Shown one piece after another: positions 34,901 through 44,991 of a stretch of 64,000 bases of DNA. Source of the DNA: a virus (Duplodnaviria; Caudoviricetes); IMG/VR virus record IMGVR_UViG_3300024346_000003. One strand, written 5' to 3'. The notes beneath the pieces are model-generated. The model saw nothing but the letters and a program-made list of their open reading frames with translations. It made no database searches and was not told the DNA's origin. Within the stretch, counting starts at the first letter, position 1. Each line of letters opens with the position of its first letter. Both the position numbers and the translations under genes were made by a program.

Positions 34901-35273
34901 TGGAGATGATGGGAATCGAACCCATGTGTTACTTATTCTCAAAGAGCTTTCTACATGTTTAGGTTGTAATTTACGAATTACCCAAAACCTTTCAGTTCCC
35001 TTATTAACACAGTTCGGTTTACTAACAACTAATCTTCTGCCTATTTAGTTTTAACTCCAATAAGTTAGAGGTTTCAGTGGACTACCACCATCGCATTATC
35101 TTAGGCTAATGCTACCTCTCCTGAAACTACTTCTATCGAAGCGTTTGCTAGGAAGTTTTCGTCTATGTCAAATGAATTGCCATTTACAAAAATAATAGGT
35201 GATTAAAGTGTTTCCATCTAACACTACATGCTTACTAGACAAGACCATAAATAGTCAAAGCCTGGCCATCCCC
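34901..35273 (-). ncRNA. ssrA: tmRNA; tag (A)GNSFDIDENFLANASIEVVSGEVALA
   Basis: 5' GGGGATG...TTTGAC, 3' GGTTCGATTCCCATCATCTCCA, G3:U70 pair, tag ORF 35101-35181. Confidence 0.92.
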
Positions 35274-35393
35274 ATAAATTAAAGAACTTTTGTTTGTTTT
35301 TACAAATATACTAACAATTTATATAAATATCAACTTTTATGTAAAAAAAATGGGAAAATTTCTTTTCCCATTAAAATGTAGCACCGTTTTATG

Positions 35394-35744
35394 TTAGTCG
35401 TTTAAAATTTGTTTGTCTGTGGGGTTATATTCAGACTTACCCTTTATTTTTGCATCTAATTTATCACACCTTGAATCAATTGTTCTTCTAATGTCATCAA
35501 ATTCATTAGAAGTTTGACTATGATTGTGATTAATTGTATCATATACAGTTGTTATTAATCTGTCAAATCTATCACCTGTTTCGTTATTCAATTCATCAAT
35601 TCTTTGATGAATGTCTCTTATGGTTATATTTAAGGAATTACCATCAACCTTACTTTTCAACTTAATGAACGCAACCACAATACTAGTAAGTACTGCAACT
35701 GCACCCAATGTTGATAAAACTGATATTAAAATTATTGTTTCCAT
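35394..35744 (-). CDS. Membrane-anchored coiled-coil protein
   Basis: N-terminal TM helix. Confidence 0.7.
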   Translation of the reverse strand: METIILISVLSTLGAVAVLTSIVVAFIKLKSKVDGNSLNITIRDIHQRIDELNNETGDRFDRLITTVYDTINHNHSQTSNEFDDIRRTIDSRCDKLDAKIKGKSEYNPTDKQILND

Positions 35745-35793
35745 ATTTATTTTTTTTAATTAAAAATTGTTATATGGTGCTACAATTTATTTT

Positions 35794-36024
35794 TTAACAT
35801 CGATAAACACTCTCACTATCACTCGGTAATAGTGATGATGAGTCATTGTGTATTTCATTTAATATTTGTTGATGTGATTCGTCACCCATACTTGGGTCTA
35901 TCTCATGTTTAAACACTAACGCTAAATGTTTCTTAATCATCTCAGTCTGTTTAATCTCAATTGTTTTAGGGTCTGATATTTCAAAAAACCCTTGTAACCA
36001 ATATGCAAAATCTCTACTAGTCAT
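35794..36024 (-). CDS. Hypothetical protein
   Basis: 76-aa ORF, MTSRDFAYWLQGFFE. Confidence 0.75.
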   Translation of the reverse strand: MTSRDFAYWLQGFFEISDPKTIEIKQTEMIKKHLALVFKHEIDPSMGDESHQQILNEIHNDSSSLLPSDSESVYRC

Positions 36025-36025
36025 A

Positions 36026-36772
36026 TTATTTTTTACCTTTTAGTTTGTTTTCAACAACACCATCAATTATCCCATAAGCTAATGCTTCTTCAGCATTTAA
36101 CCAATTATCACGATTACAATCAGCTAATACTTGTTCTTTAGATTTACCACAATAATCACCTAACATTTCAAATAATTTATGGTTGTATTTAATCGCTTCA
36201 CCTAAACTTATTTTAATATCCTCAACATGTCCAGATGCACCAGAACTAACTTGGTGTAACATCACTCTACTATTTGGTAATGAGTAGCGCATACCCTTTG
36301 TTCCAGCACCCAATAAGATTGAACCCATTGATGCTGCCATACCTGTATTAATAGTTGATATTGGTGAACTTATGTAGTTCATAACGTCAACCATACTTAA
36401 ACCTGATTTAACTGACCCACCTGGACTGTCAATGTGCATTGTGACTATTTTATTTTCCAAGTTATCCAAGAACATTAGTTGAGCTTGTACAACTGTACTC
36501 ATAGCATCGTTAACTGGACCAGCAACCCAAAGTATGCGGTCCATCATGAGCCTATCGAATACTGACATTTGAGTTACTCTCAACTCCCTTTCTTCTAGCA
36601 CCATAGGTGTCATACTACCCATAGGTGTCATCCCACCTATGACCATACTATTATTATAAATATTATCCTGTGTTTTTTCCCAGTAATATAATTGCATACT
36701 GCTTATACCCATATGTTTCATAGCGTAATTTTTAAACTCACTATAAAAATCTAATTTCATGTAACCTTCCAT
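36026..36772 (-). CDS. clpP: ATP-dependent Clp protease proteolytic subunit
   Basis: IDSPGGSV, GMAASMGS (catalytic Ser), RVMLHQ, RDNWLNAEEA. Confidence 0.95.
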   Translation of the reverse strand: MEGYMKLDFYSEFKNYAMKHMGISSMQLYYWEKTQDNIYNNSMVIGGMTPMGSMTPMVLEERELRVTQMSVFDRLMMDRILWVAGPVNDAMSTVVQAQLMFLDNLENKIVTMHIDSPGGSVKSGLSMVDVMNYISSPISTINTGMAASMGSILLGAGTKGMRYSLPNSRVMLHQVSSGASGHVEDIKISLGEAIKYNHKLFEMLGDYCGKSKEQVLADCNRDNWLNAEEALAYGIIDGVVENKLKGKK

Positions 36773-36773
36773 A

Positions 36774-37460
36774 TTATTTTATTTTAAACCAATTTTTAAA
36801 TTTGTCTATTTTATTATTTAACCTATACTTAATCGCACTTCTACTAATTTTAAGTATTTCAGTTGCCTCCGATATTGTGTTATATATAACACCGTCAATG
36901 GAAACTTGTTGAGCCTTAGGGTTATTGTCAGTCATAAATTTAGAATGTTTTGGATTCTTTCTACCAGACATAATTTTTGATAATTTATCCTTAGTTTCTT
37001 TAGAGAGGGGTGTACCACCCCTCTTTTTGACTGCTTCACCTATGTTTTTCCTATGTTCCTTAGTAAAGATTTTTACTTTAGCTGATAAACTCATTTGTTT
37101 CTTAGTTTCATCACTAAAAACACGACCCTTTAATTTTTTAGATTGTTTCTCACGAATAATCCTTAATTCTTCCTCTGTTTTATTATTAACCCAATGATTA
37201 CCACCCTCGCCACCTAATGTGCTGTTATAACCGTTATTAAACGAATCCTCTAACTCAATATAATAGATTTCTCTATTATTTAACTCCACATCATCTATAT
37301 TGTCCTCTAGTATAACTCTAATGAAAATATCTCTACCATGTTTATTGGCGATTCTATTTGGTACTAGACCAGATGACCAATAATCATATTTCTTACCATT
37401 ATGCTTACCAACATATTTCTTCCCGTTTCTTTTATCAATTAACATATAAACGTATCCCAT
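36774..37460 (-). mobile_element. GIY-YIG homing endonuclease with NUMOD3-like repeats
   Basis: YVYML...KYVGKH...GYNSTLGG. Confidence 0.85.
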
Positions 37461-37507
37461 ATTTATCTTTTATAATAAATATGTCCAACATTAGAAAAGC
37501 GAAAATG

Positions 37508-37783
37508 TTATTCGTATATTGTTTTTGTTTTTGGAAATACTTCTTTCATCTCATCACCAAAATAGTATTCCTGTCTAAAAGTTAACATCCAAAAATACTT
37601 AAAGAATTTACCATCTGATGTTCTTTTTACAATTACATCATGACCTTGACCATCGCACTTATTATTTTCTAATGTTGTTACGTAATCAAACATTTCACCA
37701 TTATTAAGTTCCCAACCTTCTTCACTAGTAAAATCAATTTCTTCTTTTTCTAACTCAGTTAGTTTAATTATTTCCCTTGTCAT
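37508..37783 (-). CDS. Hypothetical protein
   Basis: 91-aa ORF. Confidence 0.7.
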   Translation of the reverse strand: MTREIIKLTELEKEEIDFTSEEGWELNNGEMFDYVTTLENNKCDGQGHDVIVKRTSDGKFFKYFWMLTFRQEYYFGDEMKEVFPKTKTIYE

Positions 37784-38079
37784 TCTTCAATTAATTTTTC
37801 TATGAATACTGGGGTGAATTCACCCATCCAAGCACCCTTTATGTTGTATTCGAAATATTCGTAAGCATCTGAATATTTCTTACTTTCTATTGTTTCACCG
37901 TCTTCCAAATCTTCTTCTGACACTTCCATGTCTTTCATTAGAATCTCAATGATTTTTTCTACACTATAAGCAACAACAGGGCCGAGGTTTATTCTCTCAG
38001 CCATGCCTATGATTGCTTCATCAAACCCATCACATAATAATGCTTCTGGATTTATGTCTTCAATTTCCTCTACAGTCAT
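37780..38079 (-). CDS. Hypothetical phage protein
   Basis: DGFDEAIIG...YNIKGAWMGEFTPVF. Confidence 0.75.
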   Translation of the reverse strand: MTVEEIEDINPEALLCDGFDEAIIGMAERINLGPVVAYSVEKIIEILMKDMEVSEEDLEDGETIESKKYSDAYEYFEYNIKGAWMGEFTPVFIEKLIEE

Positions 38080-38504
38080 TACGCTTCAGTTTCAGCTTCT
38101 GACTCTTGTTTTTGAGAGTAAATTAATTTAATCAATTCTTTCAATTCAACACATTGGTCAGCACCATATTTTTGTAATAAACCACTGAATGTTGTAAAGT
38201 CAGCCTTACCGATAGTTAACTTATCCTTTTCGAAATCGTAATGGATACCAGCCAATGCTTCATCAGCAATAATAATTTTATGCACATCACTTAATTGGTC
38301 GAATACTTTTTCATTAATCACCATGAAAACATCAACATTTGTTTTGTACTTTGTTAAATCATTAGTTTTGATTAACTTGTAGATTTCTTTTTGTTTGTTA
38401 TTTACCAAAACTTCGATAGTAACATTTCTATCCAAATCAGCATTAACAATTAGACCATCAAAAATTGATTTTGTGTCTTCAAACGGTTGTTCAAACTTTG
38501 CCAT
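38079..38504 (-). CDS. Hypothetical protein (degenerate phage metallopeptidase-like)
   Basis: 141-aa ORF; IIIADEALAGI resembles a degraded HExxH helix. Confidence 0.5.
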   Translation of the reverse strand: MAKFEQPFEDTKSIFDGLIVNADLDRNVTIEVLVNNKQKEIYKLIKTNDLTKYKTNVDVFMVINEKVFDQLSDVHKIIIADEALAGIHYDFEKDKLTIGKADFTTFSGLLQKYGADQCVELKELIKLIYSQKQESEAETEA

Positions 38505-38565
38505 AATTTTTTATTTATTTTAGTTATTAATTATATTGATTGCAAACTTACTACCTTTTTTTATA

Positions 38566-39588
38566 TTAAACAACACTATCATCAACATTTTTCATTTTTT
38601 CTAATAATTCCCTATCTTTATCTGACAATTCTTTAGGCATATCAATATCTAAATTAATCATTAAATCACCTCTTGATTCAGAATTCATTACCTTCATACC
38701 TTTACCTGATACCCTTAATGTATCACCAATACTATTTAATTCTGGAATCTTAATTTTAATTTTAGCACCATCTATTGTTTCAATATTTGTTTCACCACCT
38801 AACACTAATGTATAATATGGTAATTTTAATGTATATCTTAAATCATTACCGTTTCTAACGTATCTTTTATTTGGTATTTCATTGAAATTGACAACTAATG
38901 AACCCGATGTACCATTTTTAATAGCTTGACCCATGCCCTGAAAAACCATACTCATACCATCTTGAACACCAGATGGGATTTTAATGTCAATCATTTCCTC
39001 TTTGTTTGTAATACCATTTCCATGACATGTGGTACATTTATTTTTATATATAACACCATCACCTTGACATAGATGACAATTAGTTACATTTTGCATTACA
39101 CCAAATGGTGTTCTAACTTCTTCAGTAACTACACCTTGGCCGTTACATCTTATACATGTTATTGGTTCAGAACCACCAACTGAGTTGCATGACATACATG
39201 CACTATGTCTATTGTATTTTATACTCTTAACTGACCCCTCAAATATCTCTTCTAAGGATACTTTAATGTTTAATCTAAGGTCACTACCTTTTCTGTTCAT
39301 TGCTTTGTTTCTGGGGTTATGTCCGAAGCCGAAATGATTAAACATATCTTTGAAATTTGAATTAGTGCTATTCTGATTTGGTTTTGAGTGTCCATATCTA
39401 TCATAGTTTAATTTTTTCTGTTCATCACCTAATATTTCATAAGCTTCATTGATTTCTTTAAACTCTTCTTCATTACCACCAGAATCTGGATGTTTTTCTT
39501 TTGCTAATTTTCTATATGCTTTTTTTATTGTTGCCTGGTCTGAATTTTTATTAACACCAAGAATTGAATAATAATCTTGTTTACTCAT
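38566..39588 (-). CDS. dnaJ: DnaJ chaperone
   Basis: J-domain with HPD, four CxxCxGxG-type repeats, C-terminal domain. Confidence 0.95.
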   Translation of the reverse strand: MSKQDYYSILGVNKNSDQATIKKAYRKLAKEKHPDSGGNEEEFKEINEAYEILGDEQKKLNYDRYGHSKPNQNSTNSNFKDMFNHFGFGHNPRNKAMNRKGSDLRLNIKVSLEEIFEGSVKSIKYNRHSACMSCNSVGGSEPITCIRCNGQGVVTEEVRTPFGVMQNVTNCHLCQGDGVIYKNKCTTCHGNGITNKEEMIDIKIPSGVQDGMSMVFQGMGQAIKNGTSGSLVVNFNEIPNKRYVRNGNDLRYTLKLPYYTLVLGGETNIETIDGAKIKIKIPELNSIGDTLRVSGKGMKVMNSESRGDLMINLDIDMPKELSDKDRELLEKMKNVDDSVV

Positions 39589-39651
39589 CTATTTATTTTT
39601 ATTTAAAAATAATTATAATTAACATATAAATCAATAGTTAACAAATTTAAA

Positions 39652-40311
39652 ATGTATAGAGTTATACTGGTAAAAAACGGGGAATATAAAAAGACACTAC
39701 ATAGATGTAGGACTAGGGAAACATCTTTTGTTAGATTTAGAGGTTTTAAAGAAGAAAATAAATCAGTTATATTTCCAAAAATGAATATTAATTACAATAA
39801 GATTGATAAAGTTAATTACAAAATTTATGTTGTAAAAGATATTGAGGAAGGTGACAAATCTAGAATGTTAAGAGATTCATACGGTAAGTTATATGAAGAA
39901 AAACCTATATTTGGTATATGGACCGTACTTGATGATGCTGATTACAAAATTGAGGAAACCTTTTGGTTATTTGGTAAAAACCCAAAAAATGATAGAGTTA
40001 CAATTAAAGATATAATCAAGATTTTAATGTCAGGTATTTATAAAAAGCAAATAACTAAACAAGCTATTGTTGTTCATAATAAATTGATTATTCATAATGA
40101 AGACCAATTTGATATGGTCATATGTAAATGTATTGATGATGCTCAAAGATTGCATCACGTATTAGCTAAAGTAACTAAAATTAATAAAATAAACAATATT
40201 TTATTTATGGGTACTGCTAGCCAGGCAACTATTAGTAGAATGTATGATTTAATTAAAGAAAAGACTGGGTGGCCCATCCAAAAGATATGGAGAACCACCA
40301 CTCGCCCTTAA
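39652..40311 (+). CDS. Hypothetical protein
   Basis: 219-aa ORF. Confidence 0.75.
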   Translation: MYRVILVKNGEYKKTLHRCRTRETSFVRFRGFKEENKSVIFPKMNINYNKIDKVNYKIYVVKDIEEGDKSRMLRDSYGKLYEEKPIFGIWTVLDDADYKIEETFWLFGKNPKNDRVTIKDIIKILMSGIYKKQITKQAIVVHNKLIIHNEDQFDMVICKCIDDAQRLHHVLAKVTKINKINNILFMGTASQATISRMYDLIKEKTGWPIQKIWRTTTRP

Positions 40312-40652
40312 TCATCTAATTCAACTTCATTATTATCACTATCTAATTCAACTTCATTAGCTGAATCATCTTTACCTTTATCAGCACCTTTACCAACATC
40401 AAAGTTGCTAGCTAGGTCTTGAATCATTTGATTCACTCTTTCCATGTCAGCTTCATGCATCATAACTGGATTTATACATTCAATTCTTTCTTCTTCATCT
40501 GTTGGTAAGAAGAATGCCATACAATTGGCTTCTCTTTGCGCAATTGCATTATTAACGGAGTCAGCAAATGCTCTAATTATTTCTCCTTGCATCATTACCT
40601 CTCTGTCGAGATAAAACACTAAAATTAATGGGTAACCTTTTTCAATATTCAT
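40308..40652 (-). CDS. Hypothetical protein
   Basis: 114-aa ORF. Confidence 0.7.
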   Translation of the reverse strand: MNIEKGYPLILVFYLDREVMMQGEIIRAFADSVNNAIAQREANCMAFFLPTDEEERIECINPVMMHEADMERVNQMIQDLASNFDVGKGADKGKDDSANEVELDSDNNEVELDD

Positions 40653-40655
40653 TTT

Positions 40656-40940
40656 TTATTGATTTATGTAGTCGTTATACGTCATTTCTTCAAGCTCAAT
40701 CATTTCACCAAATTTAGTGATTAATTCACTTATGACATTTTCTTTATTTTCAATATTCGCATATTCACATTTTAATGGGGAACCAGCATCATCCATAACA
40801 TATATGATATATTTGCTACCAGTTTCATTAATTTCTTTTGACATTATTTTCATTTTGAACCAATTTTTTGTCTTATTATTTATAACACAAGAATATCGAT
40901 TTTTTTTGATAGTGTAAACCTTAAAAATAAAAAAAACCAA
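40656..40940 (-). CDS. Hypothetical protein (start probably downstream)
   Basis: ORF track; the annotated start overlaps a terminator. Confidence 0.55.
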   Translation of the reverse strand: MVFFIFKVYTIKKNRYSCVINNKTKNWFKMKIMSKEINETGSKYIIYVMDDAGSPLKCEYANIENKENVISELITKFGEMIELEEMTYNDYINQ

Positions 40941-40959
40941 ATATTTCTACTTGGTTTTT
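40930..40959 (-). terminator. Intrinsic terminator
   Basis: AAAAACCAAG ... TTTGGTTTTTTTT. Confidence 0.7.
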
Positions 40960-40970
40960 GATATTTGTGT

Positions 40971-41122
40971 CAGAATGCTGGGGCTATATAGCTTAACCCT
41001 GTAAGGCTTCGTTACTTTATATTTTCTAAACCGAGTAACTAACGGTTTGTGCTTCTGTAACCCTAAGGTCCAATAGCGCTCTTTTATTTGTATAGTTTGT
41101 GTTTATTGCAGCATGCATTCTT
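40971..41122 (-). ncRNA. Candidate structured RNA downstream of the DUF2828/TROVE-like gene
   Basis: Ends pair (AGAATGC/GCATTCT); internal stems AAACCG/CGGTTT, GTTACT/AGTAAC, GCTA/TAGC. Confidence 0.45.
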
Positions 41123-41134
41123 TACACAATATTT

Positions 41135-42589
41135 TTACACAGTAATTAGTGAGTATCTTTCTGAACCAATTACTTCCATCATCATAGATAATGGTGTAAG
41201 GTCTTTACCAGAAAGAACACTAGTTAATAGTGATGGGCTAAACCCTGAAACTAAACCAACACCTTCCTTATTAAATTGAACAGGGAAGTTGTCATTTCTT
41301 GCATTAATATTCCAATATATTATTTTTGGCATTTTATATCCAGCTTCAGCATACTTAGATTCGAAAGTATCTTGAGCCGTTTTATTCCAGTTGTTTCTAG
41401 TACCTTCGTTGAATTCCATATCTGACAATATGATTATCATTGTTGGCATTTCAGATTCAGGTACATTATTAGTAACTGCTGATTGAAGTATAGTTGAAAA
41501 CACTTTTTCAACATTTGTACTCATGTCCCAATTAGCTCTTTCTAATTGGTTATATCTTTCAGATAATGAACCTTTAAGCACTTGTAATTGTGGTCTTTCT
41601 GAGAAAGTAATGAAACTATCTTTAAAAGCACCTACATTTCTTTCTGAAATATACAATCCTAATGAAATTGCAACATCCATACAACTTACATTTGGGTTGT
41701 TACCCGCTGGACAACACATTGAACCAGATACGTCAACAACTGGTAAAAATTGTTCGTTGTTGTTTTCCAAATAATTTGGTAGTGCATTCCATTGTGCATC
41801 AGCACCATTAGAACTACCAAATCTTAAGTTTTTAACGATATCATATGGATATACCGAACTAGCGTTGATTTTAACTTCACCATTATTAACAGACTCAATG
41901 TATGCTGAGAATCTTTCAGCATCTTTCTTACCGAAAGCTCTCATGTAGTCTGACATCGCTTTTGATGGTACGTGAGAATAGTTTATTTTATCAAAATCAT
42001 TACCACACATCAATTGTTCAACAGTTGATGATAATTCAGCTAACATTTTTCTATAAGAAGCTGGAGTTAACTTTAAGAATTTTCTTAAAGCACTAGCTTG
42101 TCTTTTCTTTTCTCTGTTAGTAACGTTTGGTCTTGGCATCCATTTAGCCGCTAAAGCATTACCGTTTTTAAGAGCATTACCAATCAATGCCAATGCATCA
42201 TTTTCTAATGGTGTACCAATTAATGATAATAAATCATCCCATCTACCGAACTCTGAAATTAAATTTAAATTCTTTCTCATAGATTCAGTTCTTGAACTAG
42301 CAAGATACTTAACAATATCTTTAAAGATTTGTCTTTCACCAGCACCGCCACGAACATCTCTAGCCCAGAATAGAATTTTCATAGCTGTTAACGCATCTTC
42401 TTCATACGCTTTAACAAACGTATTAATTAGTTTAGATGTTTCCTTACCTCTCATTGCACCTATTTGGAAAAATAAGTTAACACAATCATTTAATGATGAA
42501 GAATTTGTAACCATTCCGTTTTCAGTTACTGTGTTTTTTGTTTGTAAAGCATCTACTAATTTCATAATCTTAAGTTTTTGTTTTTGCAA
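41135..42589 (-). CDS. DUF2828-type TROVE/Ro60-related VWA protein
   Basis: TENG...SS...VNLFF, ARDVRGGAGER, GRWDDL, AAKWMPR, VVDVSGSM and ILSDMEF (MIDAS). Confidence 0.82.
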   Translation of the reverse strand: MQKQKLKIMKLVDALQTKNTVTENGMVTNSSSLNDCVNLFFQIGAMRGKETSKLINTFVKAYEEDALTAMKILFWARDVRGGAGERQIFKDIVKYLASSRTESMRKNLNLISEFGRWDDLLSLIGTPLENDALALIGNALKNGNALAAKWMPRPNVTNREKKRQASALRKFLKLTPASYRKMLAELSSTVEQLMCGNDFDKINYSHVPSKAMSDYMRAFGKKDAERFSAYIESVNNGEVKINASSVYPYDIVKNLRFGSSNGADAQWNALPNYLENNNEQFLPVVDVSGSMCCPAGNNPNVSCMDVAISLGLYISERNVGAFKDSFITFSERPQLQVLKGSLSERYNQLERANWDMSTNVEKVFSTILQSAVTNNVPESEMPTMIIILSDMEFNEGTRNNWNKTAQDTFESKYAEAGYKMPKIIYWNINARNDNFPVQFNKEGVGLVSGFSPSLLTSVLSGKDLTPLSMMMEVIGSERYSLITV

Positions 42590-42635
42590 ATATACTAACT
42601 ATTTTTTAATATGACAACTTTTTTTTAAAATATTT

Positions 42636-43397
42636 TTAAATTTTTGTATCTTTTATGAATTTACTGTGTGATTTTTTATATGACTCTTGAGTTTCATCTT
42701 CAGAATCTTTAGTGTATTGCCAGTTCCAATATAGATTATCATTTGGTTTGAAACCATAAAATTCATGAACTTTCTTTTGTGTTTCTGTTACGTTTTCTCC
42801 GTTCCAATTTTGTCCAACACAAATGAACCCTGTCTCAATATCTTTAACTAAATTTGATTCACCTAATGTTGTGTGTCTATTTTCAATCCAATTTAATCTC
42901 TCAATTAAATTCTGATAGAACATATTTGCTTGACCCCATCTAACTGAACTAAAAAATATGACTACATCCGATTCAAATAACTCTTTGGAAATCTTCCATA
43001 GTTCGTCTGATGGTTCGTTGATATTAACCCAGCATCTGTGATGTCCTGATGGATTTTTATCCTTATTTTTAAGTGCTGCTTTTAATAAACCACAAGAATT
43101 TCCATCCTTTCTTGATACATTACCTTCACAAGGTAGTATTTTAAGTTCGGGTACATCTATTAATACTGATTTATCACCTAATTTATCATTTAGGTACATC
43201 GCAATCATTTTTGATTTTGGTGTATCTATATTTTTATCATCCCAATTGTATCTATTTGAACAACTTAACAGTAAAACTTTATTTTTACCTTTTAAAATAT
43301 CTATAGTTTTTTGTATTGATTCCCAAGCTTCTGTTTGATTTGACTCTTCTAAAATCATTATTTCCCTTATTCTATTTATTTCTTCTCGTAAACCCAT
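42636..43397 (-). CDS. Flavodoxin-like NADPH-dependent FMN reductase family protein
   Basis: SCSNR, ILPCEGNVS, DVVIFFSSVRWG...LIERL. Confidence 0.7.
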   Translation of the reverse strand: MGLREEINRIREIMILEESNQTEAWESIQKTIDILKGKNKVLLLSCSNRYNWDDKNIDTPKSKMIAMYLNDKLGDKSVLIDVPELKILPCEGNVSRKDGNSCGLLKAALKNKDKNPSGHHRCWVNINEPSDELWKISKELFESDVVIFFSSVRWGQANMFYQNLIERLNWIENRHTTLGESNLVKDIETGFICVGQNWNGENVTETQKKVHEFYGFKPNDNLYWNWQYTKDSEDETQESYKKSHSKFIKDTKI

Positions 43398-43467
43398 ATG
43401 TTTTTATTAATAAATATTAAAAAAAATAAATAGTTATAATAACTATTTATCTTATCTTCAAGTTTTT

Positions 43468-43950
43468 TTAAATTTTTACGAACCAAGCTCTAATCGTTGC
43501 CGTATTATTCTGTAAATCAACAAATTCAATATTACTCATCATACCATCTTCAACAGCATATTGACCAATTTGTCCAGAATAATTACTACCACCAAATGGG
43601 TAAAAGAAATCTAATGTCAAACTTTTGTTTGTTGAACCTGTTATCATACTTAAAGTATATGGTCTTTGAGCATTTTGATTCAATACATATCTATTTGATG
43701 ATATAAATGTTATTGTATCATTTGGGTAGTTGGTTGAGAATGCTGAAACTACTTTAACTAACACCCATTGTGTTCCAACTATCGTATTTGGTGTTTGTGT
43801 GCCACCGCCTGGTAATACGCCACCACTTGTATAATCATCTTGCCATGCTGTTGTGTCAACTGGGTCTGGTATTTGTTGATAAGAACCTTCATACTTTTTG
43901 CATGATGTGATTGAAAGAAATAATCCAAATATTAATATTAACTTTTTCAT
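43468..43950 (-). CDS. Lipoprotein
   Basis: Signal peptide with ITSC lipobox. Confidence 0.75.
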   Translation of the reverse strand: MKKLILIFGLFLSITSCKKYEGSYQQIPDPVDTTAWQDDYTSGGVLPGGGTQTPNTIVGTQWVLVKVVSAFSTNYPNDTITFISSNRYVLNQNAQRPYTLSMITGSTNKSLTLDFFYPFGGSNYSGQIGQYAVEDGMMSNIEFVDLQNNTATIRAWFVKI

Positions 43951-43988
43951 AATGTTTAATTTATTTATACAAATATAAGTATAATATT

Positions 43989-44231
43989 CTAATCTACCAA
44001 ATCTTTTACAACTTTTTTGAAGAATTTAATTGTAATTCCACCAATTTCTACTTCGATAGTACTTCTATGTACAAAACCAGCCCCATCAGGATTTGCTTTA
44101 TAATATAAATGTTCATCCATTTTTTTGTGGTTTTCTTCACTTAACTCATAAACTAAAGTTAAACCATTTTTGTGTATTTTCTCATTGTTAACTATTTCTG
44201 AAATAGTTTCAATTAATTCATTATAATCCAT
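43989..44231 (-). CDS. Hypothetical protein
   Basis: 80-aa ORF. Confidence 0.7.
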   Translation of the reverse strand: MDYNELIETISEIVNNEKIHKNGLTLVYELSEENHKKMDEHLYYKANPDGAGFVHRSTIEVEIGGITIKFFKKVVKDLVD

Positions 44232-44232
44232 A

Positions 44233-44547
44233 TTAAAACTTTGTAAATATATTTTTAACCCAATAACCTAGTTTACTATACCATGGTTTAGTGTGTCTTA
44301 TTATTGTGGTTGGGTTTTCTTTTATTTTTTTACCTAAACCAGATTTAATCTCACCAATAAATTTATGTTTATTTAGTACGGTTTGATTTTTTTGACCTTT
44401 AATGTCATTAATCATAGCATCAACAGTTTCAATTCGTTCACTCTGCTCATCTCGTTCAATTCCACTTATAAATTCCTTTGTTTGTTTATCAAACCTAACT
44501 AAAAGTTCATCAAGTGTTACTATTTTTTGATTATTCTCCATATTCAA
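44233..44547 (-). CDS. Hypothetical protein
   Basis: 104-aa ORF. Confidence 0.7.
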   Translation of the reverse strand: MNMENNQKIVTLDELLVRFDKQTKEFISGIERDEQSERIETVDAMINDIKGQKNQTVLNKHKFIGEIKSGLGKKIKENPTTIIRHTKPWYSKLGYWVKNIFTKF

Positions 44548-44625
44548 TATTACTTATAATATCTGTTAAAGTAAATATTGACTTTATTATAAAAAATACA
44601 TATATTTGAATAAAATTAAAAAATT

Positions 44626-44961
44626 ATGATAACAGCAACATTTTTATTATTATCTTACGGTATTACAAATATAGCAGTATTTGGTTCCATGTTCAACGGT
44701 TGGAGAAGTTTTTGGAAAAATATTAGTCCAACATTCTTTGGTAAACTATTTAGTTGTCCATTATGCTTATCAACTTGGGTAGGCTTTATATTATCCTTTG
44801 TATTTTCAACATTAGGATATCAAACCCCGATGTCTTTATATGGTGTTGACAATATACCATTAATGATTTTCTTGGATGGTTGTTTAACGTCTGGTGGCGT
44901 TTGGTTAATGCACACTCTTCAAGAATTCTTTGAAAGGGCATTTTACTCAGATAACGAATAA
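44626..44961 (+). CDS. DUF1360-like membrane protein
   Basis: TM helices around LFSCPLCLSTWVG; TATATTTG upstream. Confidence 0.7.
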   Translation: MITATFLLLSYGITNIAVFGSMFNGWRSFWKNISPTFFGKLFSCPLCLSTWVGFILSFVFSTLGYQTPMSLYGVDNIPLMIFLDGCLTSGGVWLMHTLQEFFERAFYSDNE

Positions 44962-44964
44962 AAG

Positions 44965-44990
44965 AAAAGCCCTCAATTGAGGGCTTTTTT
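44965..44990. terminator. Bidirectional terminator
   Basis: AAAAGCCCTC-AATT-GAGGGCTTTT. Confidence 0.85.
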
Positions 44991-44991
44991 A

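Noticed and set aside
35280-35330. A third attenuator upstream of tmRNA
   Set aside because: The promoter leads directly to tmRNA with no leader ORF or intervening terminator.
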